Position numbers and translations under genes: made by a program. The notes beneath the pieces were generated by a model. That model saw only the letters and a program-made list of their open reading frames with translations. It searched no databases and had not been told where the DNA came from. Of a stretch of DNA of 64,000 bases, positions 10,268 through 19,741 are shown one piece after another. The DNA is from an uncultured Alphaproteobacteria bacterium (lineage in GTDB: Bacteria > Pseudomonadota > Alphaproteobacteria > Rhizobiales > Beijerinckiaceae): contig CAVOLE010000038.1 of NCBI GenBank assembly GCA_963696665.1, positions 3,940 through 67,939 on the forward strand. Direction: 5' to 3'. Each line of letters starts with the position of its first letter. Position 1 is the first letter of the stretch.

Positions 10268-11539
10268 ATGGGGCTGGGGGCGCGTTTGTGGCGTTGGCTA
10301 GGCGCCCCGCTGAAGGGATTAGCGGCGCGGTCTCCGGTGGCTGTCGTCTGTGTGATCGCGCTGTCGGCGATCGCCGCGGGCTGCTCGAGCCGCCCCTACG
10401 GCACGCTGGTCGTCGGATCGAGCGCGCCAGACGCCAGCCAGGTCGACCTCCTTGTGGCGACGACACGCGCGCCGGTCGTTCAGCCGCCCGGCGTCATGTT
10501 CGGCGGGTCCCGGGGGCGGGGACTCGATTTCGCCGATATAGTCGTGTCGATCCCGCCGGCAAGCGCACGCCAGCCGGGGGACATCCCACTCCCGTCCTCG
10601 CTACCGGGCAATCCGGAGCGCGATTTCGTCATTCTGCGCGCCGATCGCATGGACCTGGCTCAGGCCAAGGCGAACTTCGATGCGCGCGTCAGGCGCACGC
10701 CGGGGCGCAGGGTTCTCATCTTCGTCCACGGCTTCAACACCCGCTTCGAGGAAGCGGTCTATCGCTTCGCGCAGATTGTCTACGACGCGCGCGTCGACGT
10801 CGCGCCTGTTCTGTTCACTTGGCCGTCCGGCGGCCGAGTGACCGACTACGTTTATGATCGCGACAGCGCGGTGTATTCGCGCGACGCGCTGGAGGTGGTG
10901 CTGCAGGCGCTGGTGAAAGACCCGAACGTCGATTCGATATCCATCCTCGCCCATTCCATGGGCAACTATATCGCCGTCGAATCGCTAAGGCAGATGTCCA
11001 TCCGCAATCGCGGATTGTCGCCCAAGATCCGCGATGTGATGCTGGCTTCGCCCGATATCGACGTCGACGTTTTCCGACGCCAGATCGCCGAAATCGACGC
11101 CGGGCCGCGGCCGGCCCAGTTCACCTTGTTCGTATCGCGAGACGATCGGGCGCTTGGGCTGTCGAGCTTTCTCGCCCGAGACTCGACCAGGCTTGGCTCG
11201 CTCGACCCGACCAAGGAGCCTTATCGTTCGATCCTGGAGCAAGGCAGAGTGCAGGTCGTTGATCTGACCGGCATGGCCTCCAGCGACTTCACCAATCACG
11301 GCCGATTTGCCAGCGGCGAAGTCGTCGGCGCGATCGGGGAGCGCTTGGCGGAGGGCCAGTCGCTCTCCGAGGCCAAGGGGGGCCTGATCGAATCGCTCGG
11401 CACGTTCACAAGCGGCGCAGTTGGCGTCGCCGCCAGCGTCGCCACGGGCGCGGTCGCCGCGCCGAGCGAAATCCTCGACCCGACAAGGAACGAAAAGTCG
11501 GTCGACACCGCGGCGCAGACGACGTCCTTGAGCCAGTGA
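10268..11539 (+). CDS. DUF900-family alpha/beta hydrolase, probable lipoprotein
   Basis: Lipobox-like AAGC; LIFVHGFN, FTWPS, nucleophile elbow AHSMG, LASPDID, NHGRF. Confidence 0.88.
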   Translation: MGLGARLWRWLGAPLKGLAARSPVAVVCVIALSAIAAGCSSRPYGTLVVGSSAPDASQVDLLVATTRAPVVQPPGVMFGGSRGRGLDFADIVVSIPPASARQPGDIPLPSSLPGNPERDFVILRADRMDLAQAKANFDARVRRTPGRRVLIFVHGFNTRFEEAVYRFAQIVYDARVDVAPVLFTWPSGGRVTDYVYDRDSAVYSRDALEVVLQALVKDPNVDSISILAHSMGNYIAVESLRQMSIRNRGLSPKIRDVMLASPDIDVDVFRRQIAEIDAGPRPAQFTLFVSRDDRALGLSSFLARDSTRLGSLDPTKEPYRSILEQGRVQVVDLTGMASSDFTNHGRFASGEVVGAIGERLAEGQSLSEAKGGLIESLGTFTSGAVGVAASVATGAVAAPSEILDPTRNEKSVDTAAQTTSLSQ

Positions 11540-11964
11540 TGGCGCCAGCGGACAAAGCGTTGCCGATTCCCGTCGAGCCGCGCGGCGAGCTAACCGTCCG
11601 TGTCGCCGCCATGCCGGCCGACACCAACGCCAACGGCGATATTTTCGGGGGTTGGGTCTTAAGCCAAATGGATGCGGCGGGCGGCATCGCCTCCGCCGAA
11701 TACGCAAAAGGGCGCGTCGTAACGATCGCCATCGATGCGATGACCTTTATCCGGCCGGTCAGGGTCGGCGATGTGCTCTGCGTCTACACTGCCATTGACG
11801 GTGTCGGTCGGACCTCGATGAAAGTCCATGTCGAGGCCTGGGCGCGCCGGCGGTTGACGCATGACCGCGAAAAGGTGACCGACGCCACCTTCACCTTTGT
11901 CGCCATAGACGAGGATGGCAGGCCTCGACCTATCATCGCCGGGCAGACCGAAGGCGAAACATAA
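11539..11964 (+). CDS. Acyl-CoA thioesterase (YciA-like hot-dog fold)
   Basis: AMPADTNANGDIFGGWVLSQMD and FVAIDEDGRPR. Confidence 0.93.
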   Translation: MAPADKALPIPVEPRGELTVRVAAMPADTNANGDIFGGWVLSQMDAAGGIASAEYAKGRVVTIAIDAMTFIRPVRVGDVLCVYTAIDGVGRTSMKVHVEAWARRRLTHDREKVTDATFTFVAIDEDGRPRPIIAGQTEGET

Positions 11965-12564
11965 CGGCTCTGCGATGGCGCACGGATGGTCGGGGCCGGC
12001 TTGCTCGATCGATTTGGGTTTTCTTGGACCATCGCAGTTTTGCCCCGGACGGCTCCAAAACAGGGGTTGGAAAAGCTTGGATTTCCTTGGATTCTCTCGT
12101 CCAAATCTAGACTTTTCAAGAGGTTACGCTGGATTTTCCGCGACGATGATTTCCCGCGCCCTTTCGCCGCTGGGGCAGACGGCGCCCGGACGGGAGCCGC
12201 TATTCATACGATGCGAAAACGCAGCATGGGTCATTGAGCAAGCCTAACTCATTTTCTGCTTTTTCGCAATCAACTGCCGTCGACAGAAATTATCGAGCCC
12301 CGCGACGGGGCGCTTTCGCGGATTATCAGTGATTGTCAGCGACACTTCACTCAATCCCCAGCTCGCCGGGAAATCGTTTAATTGCGTGAGTACACCGCAA
12401 TCCCACAGGCCTCGCAATCTTGTTTTCTGAAAAATAAAATAGATCCGTATCATAATTTTTTGAACCCTCCGAAAGGATTCCTTTTCGATCAGGCTAGCAG
12501 AAGTTCGCAATTTATCACCGTATAATTGCCGTTTTGTCACTGACGTTTTGATTTTTTGTGCGTG

Positions 12565-14463
12565 TCACGCCGTCTCGACGCGCAACTTCAAGAAGCCGCC
12601 CGGCGCTAGGCCCGTCGGGGTTAGCTTCAATCCCGGCGGCGCGGGGAGGTCCGATGCCGCGGGCGATGTCAGGTAGGTCGCGACGACGGCGCTTGGCCAA
12701 GGGGCGAAGCGCCAGGCGTTGTTCGGCTTCGGGGCGATTTCGGTTTTGCTTTCTACATACTTGAGCAGCACGTCGCGATTGGCGTCCGGAGCCTCGATCA
12801 CGACGCTCGTTCCGTCGCAGCCGGGGAAGCCGCCGCCGCCGCTGGCGCGATAGTTGTTGGTCACGACCAGAAACGACTGGTTCGGATCGACCGGCGCGCC
12901 CTTGAACGTGAGGTCCCGAATGCGGCGCGCGTCTTTCGCGATCAGCGCGCCCAATTCGTCGTAGCGCGGGGCTTGAGTGACGTCGATCGCGTAGTGGACG
13001 CCATCGATCACATCGAAATTGTAAGCCGCGAAGGCCGGACCGAGGAGCGGCTGTTCATCGCGTCCATTGGGATCGATGCGGCGGAAAATGGACGCCGAGC
13101 GTTCGAGCCATTCCGCAAGCGTCGCGCCGTCCACCTTAACCACTCTGAGAGTGTTGGGATACGGGTAGATATCCGCCACGTCCTTGATCGCGAGCGGGCC
13201 AATGGCGATGTCGGTATAGGCATAGGGTCCGCTGCGGCCGCCGCATTTGAACGGCGCCGCCGCCGAAAGCACCGGCAGCGCGGCGAGGTCCGGGCGCGTC
13301 GCCGCAAGGGGCGCGGCGTAAGCGCGCTGAGCCTCGTTGACGAGTCCGACCGTCGAATTGTCGGCGATCAACGCGAGATAGGTGTTGAGCGGCGTCGCGA
13401 GCCTGCCAACGGGCGTGCGGATGTGGCGCAGCGTGGCCTCGTGCGCGGCCTTGGCCACGTCGAGCACGGAAGCGTCGGACTCGACGAGCGCGGTCGCCTC
13501 GCCTTTTGCGTCACGCCTGGCGATCGGCCTGACTTCGACCCGCGCTCCCACAACTCGCCACGCCGCGTCCTTCTCAAGTTCGAGATCGATGATTCCGAGA
13601 TGGCTGCCCCAGAAACCCGCCATGACTGCGGGCTTGCCATGGACGGTTCCCCGTTCCGTATCGACGCCTGGAATCCCAACAAAGGCCTCGCCGGGAAGCA
13701 GCAGATGCTGATGGCCGAGGAACAGGGCGTCGACGCCGTTGAGCTTGGCGAGGTCCTGACCCGCATTTTCCTCTCCGAGAGTCGAAGCGAGGCGGGAAAT
13801 GCCCGAGTGGCAGAGCACGACGACCAGATCGGCGCGGGCCCGAAGTTCGCCAAGCTCCGAGCGTACGGCCTCGACGATGTCGCCCGTGGTCAGGCGGCCC
13901 CGGACATGGGCCTCGTCCCATTGAGCGATCTGCGGTGGCGCGACCCCGATCACGCCCATTCCGAGCCGCTGCGATCGTCCATCCTCGTCGACAAAAACGC
14001 GCTCGATCACGATCGAAGGCGGAAACCAGGGCGAGCCGTCGCTTCTGCGGACGTTGCATGAGACGACCGGAAAACGCGCTTGCGCGTAGGCGCGTTCGAG
14101 CGCCTCGAGGCCGTAGTTGAAATCGTGGTTCCCAAGAGTCGCGACCGCATAGTCCAGACTATTCATGGCCGCGATGACGGGATGGATTGCGGCTGGGTCG
14201 GCCGCGATCGCTTGAGCCGCGAGGTCGCCGAGCGGCGTGCCCTGAAGGATATCGCCGTTGTCAAACAACAGGCAGTGGGGGTGCTCCCGGCGCGCTTCGG
14301 CGATGAGCGACGCCGTGCGCGCTAGCCCGACCAAATCGTCTGGGCGATCACGGTAATAGTCGTAAGGATAGAGATTCGCGTGCAGGTCGGTGAGGCCGAG
14401 AAGCCGCAAGCGAAGCCGCGACCCACTCGGGCGAGCAGGCGAATCGGGTCGTCCTTGCTGCAA
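12565..14463 (-). CDS. cpdB: Bifunctional 2',3'-cyclic-nucleotide 2'-phosphodiesterase/3'-nucleotidase (CpdB-like), no signal peptide
   Basis: Metallophosphoesterase motifs TDLH, DNGD, LGNHDF, CHSG and GHQH; C-terminal AAAPFK..YPYPNT..YNFDVIDG..VTNNYRASGGG. TTG start uncertain. Confidence 0.9.
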   Translation of the reverse strand: MQQGRPDSPARPSGSRLRLRLLGLTDLHANLYPYDYYRDRPDDLVGLARTASLIAEARREHPHCLLFDNGDILQGTPLGDLAAQAIAADPAAIHPVIAAMNSLDYAVATLGNHDFNYGLEALERAYAQARFPVVSCNVRRSDGSPWFPPSIVIERVFVDEDGRSQRLGMGVIGVAPPQIAQWDEAHVRGRLTTGDIVEAVRSELGELRARADLVVVLCHSGISRLASTLGEENAGQDLAKLNGVDALFLGHQHLLLPGEAFVGIPGVDTERGTVHGKPAVMAGFWGSHLGIIDLELEKDAAWRVVGARVEVRPIARRDAKGEATALVESDASVLDVAKAAHEATLRHIRTPVGRLATPLNTYLALIADNSTVGLVNEAQRAYAAPLAATRPDLAALPVLSAAAPFKCGGRSGPYAYTDIAIGPLAIKDVADIYPYPNTLRVVKVDGATLAEWLERSASIFRRIDPNGRDEQPLLGPAFAAYNFDVIDGVHYAIDVTQAPRYDELGALIAKDARRIRDLTFKGAPVDPNQSFLVVTNNYRASGGGGFPGCDGTSVVIEAPDANRDVLLKYVESKTEIAPKPNNAWRFAPWPSAVVATYLTSPAASDLPAPPGLKLTPTGLAPGGFLKLRVETA

Positions 14464-14530
14464 GGCGTCAGCTTTCTGAAGGGAAAGTGGGACGGCGATC
14501 GATGGATCATCGCGCCGCCGGAAGTCACGG

Positions 14531-17500
14531 TCAAAGCGGCGCTTGCGGGTGAGCCGCGTCGGCCCGCGGCGGCGAGCCCGCCTTCGCGTCCCATCCGCCC
14601 GGCGGCGCGGCGACCTCGTTTGCTGCGGGATCAGGCTTCGCGGCTTTGAATTTCATCAAGGCCTCGACGGCGGAAGCGAGCGCGACCGGGTCCATCTCGC
14701 GAGCGATTTCGTCGCGCTTCGTGGCGGCGTCCGCGTCCCCCTGTTGAGCGGCAAGCGCGAACCATAGCCACGACTGGCCGAGGTCCTTGTCGACGCCGAG
14801 ACCCCGCGCGTAAAGGATCGCGAGATTGTACTGGCTGTCGCGGACGCCGAGTTCGGCCGCCTTTCGGAACCATTTCACCGCTTCGGAATAGTTCGGCGCG
14901 CCCTCGCCGGGCTCGGCGCTCATGACTGCGAGATTGTGAGCGGCGCGCGCGTTGCCTGCCTCGGCCGCCTTGAGATACCAGCGCTTTGCCGCCGCCGGGT
15001 CACGGGTCACGCCAATTCCCTTTTCATACATCGAGCCAAGCCGATATTGCGCGGGCGCGAGGCCGGCCGAAGCGGCGCGTTCGAGCCAGCGGGCTGCGGC
15101 CGGCTGATCCTTCGGCAGTCCCCGGCCTTCGATGAGGCGCATCGCGAGTTCATATTGCGCATTGGGCTGGCCCGCAGCGGTCGCGTCGCGCAAGGACGCA
15201 GGAATCCCAGCCGGAATCGTCGCCATGAGCTCAGCCGCCGTGGGCCCGCTCTCAGGCGCAAGATCAGGCGCGCGCGGTTTGGCCGGCGGTTGAGCGATCG
15301 AGGCGGTTGGCGCGACATCAATGGTTTCGCGGCCGGGCTTGACCGCGCCCGATGGCTTCATCTTCGGCGCGTCGATTTTGGCTGTATTGAAGGCTTGGCC
15401 ACCGAGTTCGAAGTGTTGCAAAAAGGGCGCGCGCGCGCCGGCCAATCGCACGGCGAGCGTGGCGGCGATCGCCACCGCGACGCCGAGCAACACGGTGCGC
15501 TTGTGGCTGACGTAGAAAGCCCTTGCGGATTGGACGCCGCGGGTGGCGAACTGCATCCTTTCGGAAGCGTGAAGCGTCTGCACGCCGCCGCTGTTGATCG
15601 CGGCGTTGTTCTCCGCCATGGCCTGGGCGGCGCGCCGCGCCGCGGCGATGTGGAGGCTGACCGCAGGATTGGTCTTAGGCCCGATAACCTGAGCGAGGTC
15701 GCGGGCGTCGCGCGCGTGCTGCAGCGCGCCTGCGCCGGGCTCGATGAGAAAGTCCTCGCCGTCGTCGGAAGCTTGAGACGACGGATCTTCGGCGCCCGCC
15801 TTGGTTTTACCCGCGCGTTGCGGCGCGGCTTCGGAGCCGGCGTCGGCGCTTGAGGGCGGGGCGGGGCTCGCCGATCTGATGGGCGGCCGGAGCTCCTCGT
15901 CGATGTCGTCAGCGGCAAGCTCGCTCTCGATGTTCGCGAGACGGGCGACCAGAGTCTCCAGAACGCGCTGCAGATCGGCGAGACGCGATTGCGTGCGTTG
16001 CTCCGCGCTCGCCCGCTCGGCTTTCAGCTCGGACAAATGCGCGTCGAGCGCCGCCTGGACCGCGGCTGAGGTCTCGAGCGCGGAAGAGCCTTCCGCCTTG
16101 TCGGCCTCACGCAACTTTTCGAGGAGCTCCTGCACGACCGGCCCCGGTTCGCCGGCCCGCGCGGCCTCTGCCGCCAGGGCATCGATCCGATCGCTGATCG
16201 TGTTGATCTGCTGGGCGACGGCTTTCATGTCGACTTGGGCGGCGCTCACATCGTGAAGCCGGCGCGCGACCTCGTCGGCGACCTGTTCAAGAACCTGGGG
16301 CTCGATAGGCTCGGACGCGCGCGCCTCCAACTTGGCCTCGAGCGAGCGCAAGAGGGTCTCGATCGGATTGAGGTCAACCGGAGACGCGACCGCGTCGAGT
16401 CGCGCGCCAAGCTCGTGGAGAACCGGGTCCAGCTGCCGCGCGCCGACCTTGGGGTCAGCGAGGTGGTCAAGCTTGTCGCTGATTTCGGCGAATATCGATT
16501 GCAGCGCCTGGGCGTCGGCGCCCCCGGCGGTGGAAAGCTTGGCGTCGAAATCATGCAGGAGCGTTTCGATGGGGCCGGTGTCGACGGTTGCCGAGGGAAG
16601 CGCCTCGAGCGACTGGCGGACGCCGTCAATACGCCGCGCCAGGTCGTCGAACGGGCCCGGATCGATCGCTGCCGGAGCGGTGGGCCGAGCGAGCTCCTGA
16701 TCGAGCCGCGCCGCAATCTGCTCAAGGCGCTGTTCGATCGAGACGAGCGCCGCCGGGGGCGTGGAGCGCTCGATCTGTCGGCAGGCTTCCGCGAGAAGCG
16801 CGGCCATCTCCACAGATTCGGAATGAGGAGCGGGGCTTGCGCCGAGCCGCTCGACGCGGTCAGCAAGTTCCCCGATCTGCCGCTCCAGCCGCTCGAGCGG
16901 CGGTGTGCGCAGCGCGGCCGAAGCGAGGAGATTGCGCACTTCTTCGGTCTGCCGCCGGATGCGTTCAAACGTCTCGGGGTTTATCGCCACCGCCGCGAGG
17001 CTGTTGATCTTGTCGCCGATCGCCCGAATCTCGCGTTCGAGCCCGGCGGCCGCGGCTTCAGGGTCATGCGCCCTCAACGCAGCGCGGAATTCGCCGGCCA
17101 TTGCTTCGAGCGGAGCGAGCATCGACTCGCCGTGCCCGCTCTGACGCAACATCTCCACCCGCTGCACGAGGTCTCGGACGGCGCCTTCGAGCGCAACGAC
17201 CGCATTGCGCGGCGCAAGATCGGCGAGGCTCCGGCTCATGGCTTCGATTTCGGCGCGCATGGCGCTAAGATCGACCGGCACGCTCGGATCGGCACGCTCG
17301 CGGCGCATATCATCGAGCTTGAGCGCGAGCACCCGAATGTCGTCGCGCAACAATTGGGCGAGCGGCGGCGCATCCAGCCCTTCACCCGGCGCGATAGGGC
17401 GTTCGGAAGAACGCCCGTCTCTCGACGGGCTATGCGCGCCACCCTCTCCCTCGGGGAAAGGGGTTGGGGGTGAGGGCGTGGCGTGGCCCTCGAGCTCGTG

Positions 17501-18058
17501 CCGGCGCATGGCGATTTGCGATACCGCACCCTTGAGATCGAGAGGCGGCTTCGGGTTGAGCCCGGGCGGCTGAGGGAAGCTGTCGCTCCCGGCCCCGCCG
17601 CTCTGAGCGGCGCCTGTCAAGCTTGTCCGGATCAATTCGAGCCGCCGCACGGCGTCGACGAGCGCGCGGCGGTCGCTGTCTCGCGCCGCGTTGTCCCGCT
17701 CCAGAATCTGGGCGACGGATTCGAAGGCGCGCGCGGCCTGAGCTTCGGCGCGCGAGAGCCTCGTTTCAAGGCGCTCGATCAGCGAATTGAAGGGTTTCGG
17801 AGACCCGGGCGCGCTTGGCCCGCTGGAAGTCGCATTTCGGCGCGCGATGCCCTCCAGACGTCCGGCGGCGGCGTCGAGCCGATCGTCTTCGGCTTCGTTG
17901 TCTTCTGGCCTCGCACGCTGATCGAGACCTGCGTAGTCGGCGATCGCTTCATCGAGCCAATCGTCAAGGCGCATGCCGGCGAGCCGGGCTGCCTCCACGG
18001 CGGCGTCGCGGGTCCGCCGGCCCACGCCCGCGATATTCCACGCCATCGCTCTATTCAT
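14531..18058 (-). CDS. podJ: PodJ-like polar localization factor: N-terminal motif, coiled coils, TM helix, Sel1 repeats
   Basis: N-terminal WNIAGVGRRTRDAAVEAARLAGMRLDDWL, long coiled-coil region, TM TVLLGVAVAIAATLAV, tandem Sel1 repeats (AQYRLGSMYEKG, SQYNLAILYARGLG). No obvious terminal PG-binding domain. GAGGA RBS before ATG 18058. Confidence 0.75.
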   Translation of the reverse strand: MNRAMAWNIAGVGRRTRDAAVEAARLAGMRLDDWLDEAIADYAGLDQRARPEDNEAEDDRLDAAAGRLEGIARRNATSSGPSAPGSPKPFNSLIERLETRLSRAEAQAARAFESVAQILERDNAARDSDRRALVDAVRRLELIRTSLTGAAQSGGAGSDSFPQPPGLNPKPPLDLKGAVSQIAMRRHELEGHATPSPPTPFPEGEGGAHSPSRDGRSSERPIAPGEGLDAPPLAQLLRDDIRVLALKLDDMRRERADPSVPVDLSAMRAEIEAMSRSLADLAPRNAVVALEGAVRDLVQRVEMLRQSGHGESMLAPLEAMAGEFRAALRAHDPEAAAAGLEREIRAIGDKINSLAAVAINPETFERIRRQTEEVRNLLASAALRTPPLERLERQIGELADRVERLGASPAPHSESVEMAALLAEACRQIERSTPPAALVSIEQRLEQIAARLDQELARPTAPAAIDPGPFDDLARRIDGVRQSLEALPSATVDTGPIETLLHDFDAKLSTAGGADAQALQSIFAEISDKLDHLADPKVGARQLDPVLHELGARLDAVASPVDLNPIETLLRSLEAKLEARASEPIEPQVLEQVADEVARRLHDVSAAQVDMKAVAQQINTISDRIDALAAEAARAGEPGPVVQELLEKLREADKAEGSSALETSAAVQAALDAHLSELKAERASAEQRTQSRLADLQRVLETLVARLANIESELAADDIDEELRPPIRSASPAPPSSADAGSEAAPQRAGKTKAGAEDPSSQASDDGEDFLIEPGAGALQHARDARDLAQVIGPKTNPAVSLHIAAARRAAQAMAENNAAINSGGVQTLHASERMQFATRGVQSARAFYVSHKRTVLLGVAVAIAATLAVRLAGARAPFLQHFELGGQAFNTAKIDAPKMKPSGAVKPGRETIDVAPTASIAQPPAKPRAPDLAPESGPTAAELMATIPAGIPASLRDATAAGQPNAQYELAMRLIEGRGLPKDQPAAARWLERAASAGLAPAQYRLGSMYEKGIGVTRDPAAAKRWYLKAAEAGNARAAHNLAVMSAEPGEGAPNYSEAVKWFRKAAELGVRDSQYNLAILYARGLGVDKDLGQSWLWFALAAQQGDADAATKRDEIAREMDPVALASAVEALMKFKAAKPDPAANEVAAPPGGWDAKAGSPPRADAAHPQAPL
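17396..17477. repeat. Family-A plus family-C palindromic repeats inserted in-frame in the podJ-like CDS
   Basis: AGGGCGTTC-GGAA-GAACGCCCGTC-TCTC-GACGGGCTATG followed by CCCTCTCCC-TCGGGGAAAGGGG..GGGGGTGAGGG; the minus-strand ORF stays open across it. Confidence 0.8.
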
Positions 18059-18140
18059 GTCCTCGACCGTCGCTCGGAGGCTCGCGAATTGCCCGATGAA
18101 CGGAGGCGACGCCACGCTGCAATTCTGTCGGGGGTCATGG

Positions 18141-18155
18141 TGAAGAAACGGTTAA
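18141..18155. promoter_or_regulatory. Candidate CtrA box upstream of podJ-like gene
   Basis: Minus strand reads TTAA-CCGTTTC-TTCA, one mismatch from TTAA-N7-TTAA, ~85 nt upstream of the podJ start. Confidence 0.5.
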
Positions 18156-18321
18156 GGGCCGCCTCCTCGAGAGGCCGCGCCGCCGATCCCCAAAGGTTGC
18201 AGTTATAGTTGTGGCAACTATCAGTTGCATTTTTGCGCCGTTAGCGCATAGTGATTGGACTCGCGCAAGGGCGCGCGAGTCAGGAGCCGCGAACGCAACG
18301 GCGCCGACGAAAGGAGAGGCC

Positions 18322-18780
18322 ATGAACAGGATATCGTCTGTAGCTTACGCTTCCGCTGGAGTTTCGGGCGGGCTGCTGGAAGAAGAAAGCCGTACTGTGC
18401 TCGATTCGGCGCAACCGGAGCTGACCATTAGCCAGATGTCGCGTGTATTCGGAGTCAGCCTGCGCACCTTGCGGTTCTACGAGGACCGCGGACTCATCAA
18501 ACCTCGCCGTGAGGGGAACGCCCGCTACTATCGCGCCAGCGACCGTATCCGGATGGAGATGATCCTCAAGGGCAAGAAGCTCGGCTTCACGCTGACCGAA
18601 ATCCAGGACCTGATCGGCGGCAAAGGGGCGACTGAAACGGTGGATCTCGAAGACCAGCTCAATCCGCAGCAGATCGTGACCCAGATCAGCCACTTGGAGC
18701 GGCAACGCAACGAGATCGACGAAGCCATCGAGAGGCTGCGCATGACGCAAAGCCGCATCGCCCAAGGCGCCGCCGCCTGA
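18322..18780 (+). CDS. MerR-family transcriptional regulator
   Basis: LTISQMSRVFGVSLRTLRFYEDRGLIKPRREG..RYY; AAGGAG RBS. Confidence 0.93.
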   Translation: MNRISSVAYASAGVSGGLLEEESRTVLDSAQPELTISQMSRVFGVSLRTLRFYEDRGLIKPRREGNARYYRASDRIRMEMILKGKKLGFTLTEIQDLIGGKGATETVDLEDQLNPQQIVTQISHLERQRNEIDEAIERLRMTQSRIAQGAAA

Positions 18781-18823
18781 TCGGCGCCGATCGTTCGATC
18801 GGTCGGCGGCGCCGGGGACCGGG

Positions 18824-19454
18824 TTAAACCCGGATCCGCGCCGCCTCGACGATCCGCAGCGCTTCAGCCGAGGCGGCGTCGATTCCGAGTTGGGTCGTGT
18901 CCAGCGTCACTGCATCGTCAGCAGGGCGCAATGGCGCCACTGCCCGGTTGGAGTTCGCGGAGTCGCGTCGGGTGATGTCGGCCAATATCGCGTTGTAGTC
19001 GGCCTTTTCGCCGCGTTGGATCAGTTCGAGCGCGCGCCGTTGCGCCCGCGCCGCGGGGCTGGCGGTAACAAAGATCTTCACGTCCGCGTCGGGACAAATG
19101 ACCGTGCCGATGTCGCGCCCGTCGAGCACCGCGCCGCCCGGCCGCGCCGCGAAAGCGCGTTGCGCCTCGATCAACGCCGCGCGGACTTCGCGGCATTGCG
19201 GCGACCACGGAGGCCGCCTCGCCCATCTGGCGCGTGCGCAACGTCGCTTCGTTGAAATCGGTGAGCCCTAATCCCCGGGCGACCGCGACGGCCGCCGCCT
19301 CGTCATAAAGATCCCGGTCCTCGGCAATCAAGGCGGCGGCGGTGGCGCGGTAGAGCAGCCCGGTGTCGAGATGGGGCAGCCGATAGCGCGCGGCAATTCG
19401 GCGCGCGATGGTGCCCTTGCCCGAGGCCGCCGGCCCGTCGATGGCGATGATCAT
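18824..19454 (-). pseudogene. cmk: Cytidylate kinase with a +1 frameshift (pseudogene or sequencing error)
   Basis: [24 protein letters not shown] in one frame and [26 protein letters not shown] in the next; removing one base at ~19191 restores [14 protein letters not shown]. Confidence 0.85.
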
Positions 19455-19741
19455 GCGCGAGCCGCTTCCCCTGGCTCCCTGCCCTGAGCAGGGCTCTTAG
19501 AGCGGGGCGACGCGGCTGTCGAGACGGCGGTGTTGCCCGCAGGGCTTCTGGCCCAGTTGGCGCGGTCAGGCGCTCATGGGATGCCGCCGTTTACCACAAT
19601 CCCCCAATAAGTGCGTAAAATGCTTGACGCTTCGCCAACGGGGCTGCAACCTACAGAGTGTGACCGACCTTTGGATGCGGCTGGTTGGGCCACGTTGCGA
19701 CGCGCCAAACCCGGCGCGTCTCCAAAGGAAGGGACACCATC

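Noticed and set aside
12244-12540. 98-aa ORF in the AT-rich spacer
   Set aside because: No RBS, atypical codon usage, no recognisable motif, and a start abutting the cpdB 3' end.
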